DNA of 64,000 nt from an uncultured Gemmatimonadaceae bacterium. GTDB lineage: Bacteria; Gemmatimonadota; Gemmatimonadetes; Gemmatimonadales; Gemmatimonadaceae. The first letter of the stretch is position 1. Every line of letters starts with the position of its first letter. The notes under the pieces are model-generated. The model saw only the letters and a program-made list of their open reading frames with translations. It was not told the DNA's origin and made no database searches. The stretch covers positions 1-64,000 of the forward strand of contig CAWGJO010000035.1 in NCBI GenBank assembly GCA_963822945.1, given 5' to 3'. Made by a program: the position numbers and the translations under genes. Of this stretch, positions 22,420 through 32,237 are shown piece by piece.

Positions 22420-23220
22420 TCAGCGCCGCGCGGCCACCGTTGCCTGAATCAATCCTGCCATGGTGGACGGCGCGGCCTCGGCCCGCACTTCGAGTCCCAG
22501 ATCGCGCACGGCGGCGCTGGTGATCGGCCCGATGCTCACGATGCCGGCCCGCGCCACCGCGTCGGCGCCCACGGCGTCGACGAAGGCCCGCACCGTCGAA
22601 CCGGCGGTGAAGGTGACCAGATCGACCTCGCCCCGCTGGAGCCGCTCCCGCAGCGCCGCTGCCCCCTGCACATCGGGCACCGACCGGTAGAGCGGCGTGA
22701 CGTCCACCGAGGCGCCCAACTCGCGGAGTCCCACCGGCAGCACCTCGCGCGCCCCGCGCGCCACCAGGTACAGCACGCGGCTTCCCTTCACGTCGTCCCG
22801 TGCGCGCAGCGCGTCGAGCAGCCCTTCGGCCACGAAGCGCCGCGGCGTGACGGCAACCTCGACCCCCAGCGCCCGGAGCGCGCTCGCCGTGGCGGGCCCC
22901 ACCGCCGCGACCCGCAAGCCGGCGATCGCCCTCGCGTCCCGCCCCGCCTGGCCCAGCAGCTGCCAGAAGAAGGTGACGGCGTTCTGGCTGGTGAATACCA
23001 GCCATTGGTAGCGCGACAGGTTCCGGAGCACGTCCAGCACCGGCCCCGTGTCGAGCAGTTCCACGCGCGTGGCCGGCATCGCGATCACCTCGGCCCCCAG
23101 CGCGGCCAGCGGCTGCGTGAGCGTGTCCGCCTTGTCCGCCGAGCGCGTCACCACCACGCGCACGCCGGCCAGCGGCTGCGCCGTCGAATTCGAACCGGGC
23201 TGTGATGGGTGGTCGGGCAT
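22420..23220 (-). CDS. hemD: Uroporphyrinogen-III synthase
   Basis: 'VVVTR', 'WLVFTSQNAV', 'AVGPATA', 'TFTAGSTV', 'SIGPITS'. Confidence 0.9.
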   Translation of the reverse strand: MPDHPSQPGSNSTAQPLAGVRVVVTRSADKADTLTQPLAALGAEVIAMPATRVELLDTGPVLDVLRNLSRYQWLVFTSQNAVTFFWQLLGQAGRDARAIAGLRVAAVGPATASALRALGVEVAVTPRRFVAEGLLDALRARDDVKGSRVLYLVARGAREVLPVGLRELGASVDVTPLYRSVPDVQGAAALRERLQRGEVDLVTFTAGSTVRAFVDAVGADAVARAGIVSIGPITSAAVRDLGLEVRAEAAPSTMAGLIQATVAARR

Positions 23221-23282
23221 GCGGCTACCAGGCGGCAAGTCGTAACAGGGAACTGTTGGAAGATAGTGCGACCATGGACAGC

Positions 23283-23437
23283 AGGCAGTGAGCAGTGAGC
23301 AGTCAGCAGTCAGCAGTCAGCAGTCAGCAGTCAGCAGTCAGCAGTCAGCAGTCAGCAGTCAGCGGTTAGCAGTTGGCAGTTCGCCGTTGGCAGTTCGCCG
23401 TTGGCAGTTCGCAGTCGCCAGTCGCCAGTTGCGCAGT
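23283..23437 (+). repeat. About 22-unit 7-mer tandem array (CAGCAGT x8 grading into TGGCAGT / TCGCCGT / CGCCAGT)
   Basis: Direct read; lies in the divergent hemD-acs intergenic region. Confidence 0.95.
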
Positions 23438-23503
23438 TGCCCCCCTTCCCGCGCGCGACCCGAAACCTTGCCGAGCGACCATCCAATTCGCAGTATCTGT
23501 CAT

Positions 23504-23606
23504 CCTTCCGATTCCCCGCGGTTTCGGTCCTGCGCAGTTCATGCCCTGCGCAGTCTCGGCCCTGCGTCGTTTCGGTCCTGCGCCGTTTCGGCCCTGCGCT
23601 GTCTCA
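23504..23606 (+). repeat. Left arm: 16-bp end plus 5 units of 16-bp GTTTCGGYCCTGCGCN
   Basis: CCTTCCGATTCCCCGC then units at 23521, 23537, 23553, 23569, 23585; inverted relative to 25599-25735. Confidence 0.9.
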
Positions 23607-23624
23607 CTCTTTCCGCTTCTTCTT

Positions 23625-25588
<1,964 letters not shown>

Positions 25589-25598
25589 AACGGCGAAC

Positions 25599-25735
25599 TG
25601 AGAACCAGCGCAGGGCCGGTACGGCGCAAGACCGAAACGACGCAGGGCCGGTACGGCGCAGGGCCGAAACGACGCAGGGCCGATACGGCGCAGGACCGAT
25701 ACGGCGCAGGGCCGATACAGCGGGGAATCGGAAGG
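25599..25735 (+). repeat. Right arm: 7 units of 16-bp GGCGCAGGRCCGAWAC plus 16-bp end
   Basis: Units 25607-25718, then GCGGGGAATCGGAAGG (exact reverse complement of 23504-23519). Confidence 0.9.
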
Positions 25736-25756
25736 GGGTAAACAGCGGATGGTGTG

Positions 25757-25794
25757 AAAGGGCGGGATGATCTCGAGAGATCGCCCCGCCCTTT
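25757..25794. terminator. Bidirectional intrinsic terminator between acs and the iorB-like gene
   Basis: AAAGGGCGGG..GATCTC-GA-GAGATC..CCCGCCCTTT. Confidence 0.75.
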
Positions 25795-25866
25795 GACTGT
25801 CCGACTGTCCGACTGTCCGACTGTCCGACCGTCCGACCTACCGACCTACCGACCTACCGACCTACT
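25795..25866. repeat. 8-mer array GACTGTCC x4, GACCGTCC, GACCTACC x3, GACCTACT; contains the iorB stop codon
   Basis: Direct read. Confidence 0.95.
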
Positions 25867-28040
25867 GCTGTTCTGTCGCCGCCCCGGCCTTCAACAGCGC
25901 CGGCTTCACGGGCAGCTTGCGCACCCGCACGCCCGTCGCGTCATAGATGGCATTGAGCAGCGCCGGCGCGAAGGCCGGAACCCCGGGTTCACCCACGCCG
26001 GTTGGCGACTCGTGGTTCTGTACCAGGTGGACCTCGACCTGCGGCATCTCGTTCATCCGGACCACCTTGTAGTCCGTGAAGTTGCTCTGCTGCACGGCGC
26101 CGTTCTTCACCGTGATCTCTCCGTACAGCACCATGCTCAGCGCCCAGCCGATGGCGCTCTCCACCTGGGCCACCACGGTGTCGGGATTGATGAGCTGGCC
26201 GCAGTCGAAGGCGCACACCACGCGGTGCACCTTGACCTTGCCGTCCGCCGGCACTTCCGCTTCCACCACCTGGGCCACGAGCGTGCCGTCGTAATCGTAG
26301 TAGGCAAAACCGCGTCCGCGGCCGGCGGCGGGCTTGGTGGCCCACCCCGCCTTGTCGGCGGCCAGCTGGATCACGTGCTGTGCACGCGGATTGCTCTTGA
26401 GCATGGCGAGCCGGAACTGCACCGGGTCCTTGCCCGCGGCGCGCACGCATTCGTCCATGAACGCTTCGTTGCAGTAGCCGTCCTGCGAGTTCGCCACCGA
26501 CCGCCAGAACCAGATCGGCACCGGACTCTCCACGAATACCATGTCGAGCTTGTAGTTCGGGAATCTCGTACTGCGGCGGTTCCGCGGCGTCGAAGTGGCG
26601 GCCGCCCGCCCGCGACGGAAAGGCGTACGCCTCGAGCGACGGCCCCACCACGCGATCCTCCCAACTCACGAGATTCCCGCCGGCGTCGAGCACCGCCCGC
26701 ATGCGCTGGACGCCGTCCACGCGGTAGTAGCCGTGCTGGATGTCCTCCTCGCGCGACCAGGTGACCTTCACCGGCCGGCCGGCGGCCTTGGAGAGTTGCA
26801 CCGCCTCGATGGCGTAGTCGGTCTGCGACCGGCGTCCGAAGCCGCCGCCGAGGAAGGTCATATGCACGTGGACGGTATCGGGCGGCACGTTGAGGAACCG
26901 CGCCACCGCGGTGCGGATGCTGTCCGGCGATTGCGACCCGGCCCAGACCTCCACGCCATCGGCACGGACGTCGGCCGTGCAGTTCATCGGCTCCATGGGC
27001 GCGTGCACGAGCAGCGGATACTCGTAGACCGCCTCCACCGTCTTCTCGCCCGCGCCGGCGGCGCGCACGGCGCCCTTGCTCGCCGTGACGCCGGCGTTGG
27101 CATCGTCGTTGATCCGCGCGTGATAGCTCGCGCTCGCCGCGGCCGTGGAGTACTGCCCGTTCGGCCCCGGATCCCAGTCGATCACCAGCGCGTCGCGACC
27201 CTTCATCGCCGCCCACGTGTCGTCGGCCAGCACCGCCACGCGCGCCGGCAGCAGCCGCTCCACCGCGTCGAGCTTCACCACCTGCCGCACGCCCGTCACC
27301 GCGCGCGCCTTGCCGTCGTCCACGCTCCGCAGCGAGCCGCCGAACGCCGGGCAGCGGGCGATGCTGGCGTACAGCATGTTCGGCACCCGGACGTCGATGC
27401 CGAATTCCGTGGTGCCGTTCACCTTGTCCGGGATGTCGAGCCGGGGAGTGGACTTGCCGAGAATGCGGAAGGTGCCGGGGTCCTTCAACGGCACCTCGCC
27501 ACTCGGCACGGGCTGCCTGGCCGCGAGCGGCGCCAGCTCCCCGTAGGTCGCGGTGCGCTTGGACGGTCCGTGGGTCACCACGCCGGCCATCGTCGAGCAC
27601 TGCGACGCCGGCACGCCCCACTTCGTCGCCGCCGCCCCTACCAGCATCGCACGCGCGGTGGCACCCGCCCGGCGCAGCGGCATGTACGAGCTGCGGGTGC
27701 TCCGGCTGCCGCCGGTGCTGGTGTCGTACTTGCCGTTGGTCGGCGCCCGCGCCACCCGCACCTTGCTCCAGTCGGCGTCGAGTTCCTCGGCCACGATCAT
27801 CGGCATCGCGGTCCACACCCCCTGGCCCATCTCCGACTTGGCGGACTGGATGGTGACCGTGCCGTCCGTGTCGATGCTCAGCCAGAGGTTCGGCGTCCAT
27901 CCGCCGGGAGCGATCCCGGGAGTGGCCGGGTTGAGCGTGGCGGCCAGCGCGTCGAGCGTGCTGAAGCCGAGCATGAATGCGGCGCCGGTTCCGGCCGAGG
28001 CGGCCACGAACTGGCGGCGACTGATGGTCTTCTTGCTCAT
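25862..28040 (-). CDS. Molybdopterin-binding subunit, isoquinoline 1-oxidoreductase beta (IorB)-like, Tat signal (apparent frameshift near 26560)
   Basis: 'SRRQFV' Tat motif, '[10 protein letters not shown]', 'TGGSRS', 'HAPMEPMNC', 'LGGGFGRR', 'GVGEPGVP'. Confidence 0.9.
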
Positions 28041-28507
28041 TTGGCCTCCCCATTGCCGGCCGCCCGGTGGATGGCGCGGCGGATGCGCAGATACGTGGCG
28101 CAGCGGCAGATGTTGTCGCTCATGCCGTTGTCGATGTCGACGTCGGTGGGGTGCGGGGTGGACGCCAGAAGCGCCGCCGCCGCCATGAGCTGCCCCGACT
28201 GGCAGTAGCCGCACTGGGGCACCTGCTCATCGACCCAGGCCTGCTGGAGCCGGCGGCCGACGTCGGAGGCGGCGAGGGCTTCGATGGTGGTCACCTCGTG
28301 CCCCGCGGCGTCGGCGATCGACCACTGGCACGACCGCGCGAAGTCGCCGTCCACGTGGACGCTGCACGCCGCGCACGCGCCGACGCCGCAGCCGAATTTC
28401 GTGCCGGTCAGTTGCAGCTTGTCGCGCAGCACCCAGAGGAGTGGGGAGTCGGCGTCGGCCGTGACGGTATGCTTGGTGCCGTTCACGGTGAGAACGAAGG
28501 ATGGCAT
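28037..28507 (-). CDS. (2Fe-2S)-binding subunit, IorA-like
   Basis: 'PLLWVLRD', '[14 protein letters not shown]', 'PQCGYCQSG', 'NICRCATY'. Confidence 0.95.
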   Translation of the reverse strand: MPSFVLTVNGTKHTVTADADSPLLWVLRDKLQLTGTKFGCGVGACAACSVHVDGDFARSCQWSIADAAGHEVTTIEALAASDVGRRLQQAWVDEQVPQCGYCQSGQLMAAAALLASTPHPTDVDIDNGMSDNICRCATYLRIRRAIHRAAGNGEAK

Positions 28508-28597
28508 GGGACTCACTCCAGTGGCGGCGCCGGACGACCGGCGCCGCGAACGGGGATTCCAGACGCGCCCCACCGGAAGGGACGGGCGTCCGACCTG

Positions 28598-29035
28598 CTA
28601 CTCGCTTATTACTGTGCGCGCCTGGGCGCGATAGTCAAGCAACGCCAGCGCGAAGAGTACGACCACGATCGTGGCCGACCCCACGCACCAGCGGCAGATC
28701 GCATGGATGCGGAACAGCTCGACGTAGGTGAGCCAGCCGCTGAACAGCACGCCCCATCCGGTGAGTCCCACCAGAGCGAGCGAGAGGCGCGGATCGTCGA
28801 CGAACCGCTCGTTGACGGCGGCCATCGCGACCGCGAACACCAGCACGTAGTACGCCGCGCCCCACACCGCGACGTGAATGCCCAGCAGCCGCGACCAGCG
28901 GCTGGTCTGGACCAGCTCGCAGCTCCCGCTGCCGCACGCGAGCGTGCCGATGTATCCCAGATCGTGCAGGGAGAGGTAGGTGGCCAGCAGCACGCCGCAC
29001 AGCGCGAGCATCGCCAGCACCATGCGCTTCGTCAT
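28598..29035 (-). CDS. Vitamin K epoxide reductase (VKOR) family protein
   Basis: 'ACGSGSCELVQTSRWS', 'AICRWC'; 4 TMs. Confidence 0.9.
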   Translation of the reverse strand: MTKRMVLAMLALCGVLLATYLSLHDLGYIGTLACGSGSCELVQTSRWSRLLGIHVAVWGAAYYVLVFAVAMAAVNERFVDDPRLSLALVGLTGWGVLFSGWLTYVELFRIHAICRWCVGSATIVVVLFALALLDYRAQARTVISE

Positions 29036-29751
29036 TTCTTCCCGGCGGCCTTCTTGGCGGCGATCGCGGCCTCGACGTTGGCCTTGAACTGGTCGTACGT
29101 CTCGTACCCGCCGATCACCTTGTTCCCGAACACGAACGTCGGCGTCTGATCCAGCTGCCGGCTCTCGGCCAGCGTCTCATTGGCCTGAATCTGGGCCTGG
29201 TACTTCTTGTCCTTCACGCACTGGTTGTACTCGTCCATGTTCAATCCGATCCCCTGGGCGACGCCGGCGAGCACGTTGTCCGGCCGGTCGGTGGCCTCGG
29301 AATTCCACCGGTCCTGGTTCTGGTAGATCGCATCGTGCATCTGCCAGAACTTGCCCTGGTCGCCGGCGCACCACGCGGCGCGATGGGCGTTCCAGGTGTT
29401 CCGGTGCATGGAAAGCGGGAAATCGATGAACCGGATGCTCACGACGCCGGAGTCGATGAGGTGGGTGCGGATGTCGGGCTCGATGAGCGTGGCGAACTGC
29501 CCGCACGCCGGGCACTCGAAATCGGCGAACTCGACGACCTCGAGCTGGGCGCTGTCGCTCCCCTCCAGGTGCCCCCGGGCGGTGAGCTTGGGCAGCGAGC
29601 TGTCCCACTGGGTGGCCGCCCCCTTGGGCTTGGCCGCCAGATACGACAGCGCGCCGATGCCGACCACGGCGATGGCCCCGATCAGGATGTAGAACCCGCG
29701 CATCGCCGGGTTCTTGCTCGATTTGGCCGCGGTGGATTTCTTCTTTGCCAT
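29032..29751 (-). CDS. DsbA/BdbD family thioredoxin-fold oxidoreductase
   Basis: N-terminal TM, 'EFADFECPAC', 'DFPL', 'QGKFWQMHD', cis-Pro 'TPTF'. Confidence 0.9.
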   Translation of the reverse strand: MAKKKSTAAKSSKNPAMRGFYILIGAIAVVGIGALSYLAAKPKGAATQWDSSLPKLTARGHLEGSDSAQLEVVEFADFECPACGQFATLIEPDIRTHLIDSGVVSIRFIDFPLSMHRNTWNAHRAAWCAGDQGKFWQMHDAIYQNQDRWNSEATDRPDNVLAGVAQGIGLNMDEYNQCVKDKKYQAQIQANETLAESRQLDQTPTFVFGNKVIGGYETYDQFKANVEAAIAAKKAAGKK

Positions 29752-29997
29752 TTCTTGTCGTCGCCCTCGGCATGACGCCGTGCAGTGGGGAGGCCGCGGT
29801 CGCGGCGGGGTTTCCCAAACCTAGGCGGCGCTTGCGGGGCCACGCAAGCAACGGCCACACGGCGTGTTGGAGCTCCTGCGGCGCCAGATGAACAGCCGCC
29901 GCGCCTCGGATCCGGGAGCGAGACCCAAGATCTGCAGAAGTGCGTCCATTTCATTAGATTAGAACCGTTCAGCTACTTCCACCCTTCACTAGGTTAA

Positions 29998-30288
29998 ATG
30001 GCTAAGAGCAAGAATAGACGCAGCGGGCCGGCCGCTTCCGCGATGCCGAGCCCCTTTGAGGAAGCCCGAGACGAACTGTTCCAACACATCATTCGCTGCG
30101 ATGTCATCGGATCTGCTCCGGAGCACCAGCAGGAATGGTTCGACGATACCATGAAGTACATGGCCGACCGGTATCCGGAACTGGCCGAGCGCGATTTCGA
30201 AGAGCTCAAGAAGCTCGGATCGCGGTTCGCACAGCCTCCGAAGACGAACCCGGCAGCCGAAGAAGCGGGAGCGGCGAGCGCGGCCTGA
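29998..30288 (+). CDS. Hypothetical helical protein (96 aa)
   Basis: ATG-initiated ORF with protein-like composition in an otherwise empty gap. Confidence 0.6.
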   Translation: MAKSKNRRSGPAASAMPSPFEEARDELFQHIIRCDVIGSAPEHQQEWFDDTMKYMADRYPELAERDFEELKKLGSRFAQPPKTNPAAEEAGAASAA

Positions 30289-30297
30289 CGGTCGTCG

Positions 30298-30770
30298 TCA
30301 GCGCCACACGGTGTGCGTTCGACGCAGTACGACGCCGAATCGCACCCCGCCGCCGAACCCCAGTTGGTACGCCACGCGAACACCGTGGTTCACCGGCCCC
30401 TCGAAGTCCAGTACGCCCGTGAGATACGGGCGTACTTTGTCGCCCGCTTCATAGCGGAGGCTCACGCCTCCGGCCAGCGAGAGCGCCCAGTGCTGCTGCC
30501 CGAACGGGTCCAGTAGCAGCCGCATCAGCGCGTCCGCTCGCCCGGTGCCGCGGAGTACCCCATTCCGGCGGAGCGCCCCCCGGCGGCGTCCAGTTCCACG
30601 CGCTGGTAGTAGCCGGCGCCCAGATTCACTCCGCCCCCCACCTGAACGCTGTACGGGGCTGCGCCGAGGATGTCGGCGCGGAACTCGGGCCGTGGCGCGA
30701 TGCGTTGGGCGTCGAGCCGTGCCCCGGCCCCCGCCAGAACCAGCAGCGCGGCTGCCAGCGTCCGTCCCAT
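30298..30770 (-). CDS. Hypothetical exported, outer-membrane beta-barrel-like protein (apparent frameshift near 30570)
   Basis: Signal peptide 'MGRTLAAALLVLAG..DAQ'; alternating beta-strands ending 'QLGFGGGVRFGVVL'. Confidence 0.55.
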
Positions 30771-30775
30771 GTGCC

Positions 30776-31303
30776 TCATCGCGCCCGGCCGCGCCATAGC
30801 GCCAGTGTGTAGTCCACCACCGACCAGCAGGACGCAACGAAGACCGCGGCCAGCAGCGCCGGTACCCACGCCGGGCGCGTCATGATGGCCACGAACGTCG
30901 CCAGCTGCAGCACCGTCACCACCTTGCCCGACCACCGCGCCCGGAACTCCACCGGCCGGAGCCAGGGAATGATCCGCGCCACCAGAAACCCCACCGCGGT
31001 CATCAGATCGCGGAAGATGATCACGAAATAGCCGAGCGTGCCGATGCCACCGGTGAACAGGAAGGTGGAGACGGCCGTGAGCACGAACACGCGGTCGGCG
31101 ATCGGATCGAGCAGCGCGCCCCAGCGGCTCGTCACGCGGGCGCGACGGGCAATGTACCCGTCCAGGAAATCGGTCACCGCCGCCAGGCCGATGAGCAGCA
31201 CGCGACTCTCCACCGCATCGGTGCCGACGAATGCGCCGGCCATGAGCAGCCGTGAGAGCGAGATCCAGTTGGGGACCTGCCGGAGCCCCCGCCGTGCGTG
31301 CAT
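30776..31303 (-). CDS. CDP-alcohol phosphatidyltransferase (PgsA-like)
   Basis: 'PNWISLSR', 'TDFLDGYIARR...SRWGALLDPIADR'. Confidence 0.9.
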   Translation of the reverse strand: MHARRGLRQVPNWISLSRLLMAGAFVGTDAVESRVLLIGLAAVTDFLDGYIARRARVTSRWGALLDPIADRVFVLTAVSTFLFTGGIGTLGYFVIIFRDLMTAVGFLVARIIPWLRPVEFRARWSGKVVTVLQLATFVAIMTRPAWVPALLAAVFVASCWSVVDYTLALWRGRAR

Positions 31304-31391
31304 GGCCCAAACCTAAGGAGCCCTCGCAGTGCTTGCCACCGCCAGACGGCCGTCCTAGCTTGCCACTTCCGCCCAGACAGCCGAGGTCCGG

Positions 31392-31856
31392 ATGCCGGAA
31401 GTGATGGAACTCTTGCGCGGCGTGGCCATCTTCAAGGATCTCGACGACGCCGAGCTCCAGTCGGTGGCCGAGATATGCAAGGAAGAGCGGTTCGTCTCCG
31501 GCGCGTACATCTTCCGCGAGGGCGAATCGGGGAACCGCCTCTACCTGATCACCGACGGCGAGGTGCGGATCAGCCGCGACGTGCCGGGCAGCGGCGAGGA
31601 GGCTCTGGCCGTGCTCAAGCCGGGCGCGCTGTTCGGCGAGATGGCGGTGTTCGACCGGACCGAACGCTCCACGCACGCGATCTCGAATGGGGGCACGACG
31701 GCGCTGACGATCAGCCGGCCCGACTTCGAGATGCTGCTCGACTTCGACCGCGAACTCGCCCGGAAGGTGCTGTGGGCAGTGGTGCGGCTGCTCTCCACCC
31801 GGCTCCGCCAGACCAACGACTCGCTGCGGTCGTTCCTGGCGATGTCGATGTTCTGA
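31392..31856 (+). CDS. Stand-alone cyclic nucleotide-binding domain protein
   Basis: 'IFREGESGNRLYLI..GEV', 'FGEMAVFDRTERSTHA'; no HTH. Confidence 0.9.
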   Translation: MPEVMELLRGVAIFKDLDDAELQSVAEICKEERFVSGAYIFREGESGNRLYLITDGEVRISRDVPGSGEEALAVLKPGALFGEMAVFDRTERSTHAISNGGTTALTISRPDFEMLLDFDRELARKVLWAVVRLLSTRLRQTNDSLRSFLAMSMF

Positions 31857-31870
31857 GGGCCGGCGCGCGC

Positions 31871-32212
31871 GTGGCGGCCACGTTCACGCACCTGACGGCC
31901 GACCTCTCGGGCGTTCGCGAGGAGCAGTTGCGCGACCTCACGCTGATCACGGGCCTGCTGATCGCCGCCACGGGCGGCGCCGGCCTCACCACGCTGGCGC
32001 CTCCGGTGCTGCACGCGCGCCCGCAGGGCGGACTCTCGGCCGTGCTGCTGCTCGAGCCCGGCCAGCTCGTGGTGCATGCCTTCCCCGAACGGAGCCGTCT
32101 CATCGTCGACCTGCTCACGCTCGCCACGCAGCAGCCGCTCCGCGCGCTCGAGGTGTTCACGCGGCGGCTGTCCCCCCGCGACGTGCGCACGGAAGTCCGC
32201 CCCGTCGGGTAG
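31871..32212 (+). CDS. S-adenosylmethionine decarboxylase (SpeD/SpeH class 1b)-like protein lacking the pyruvoyl-forming Ser
   Basis: 'HLTADLSG', 'PQGGLSAVLLLEPGQLVVHAFPE', 'VDLLT' versus canonical 'P.GVT...LAESHISIHTWPE..VDVFTC'. Confidence 0.65.
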   Translation: MAATFTHLTADLSGVREEQLRDLTLITGLLIAATGGAGLTTLAPPVLHARPQGGLSAVLLLEPGQLVVHAFPERSRLIVDLLTLATQQPLRALEVFTRRLSPRDVRTEVRPVG

Positions 32213-32237
32213 GACCCTGCGGCCGACCCGGCCGCGC

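Noticed and set aside
29752..30288. Lower-GC patch as a horizontally acquired island or ncRNA
   Set aside because: Short, matches a divergent promoter region plus one small gene; no mobility signs or recognisable RNA fold.
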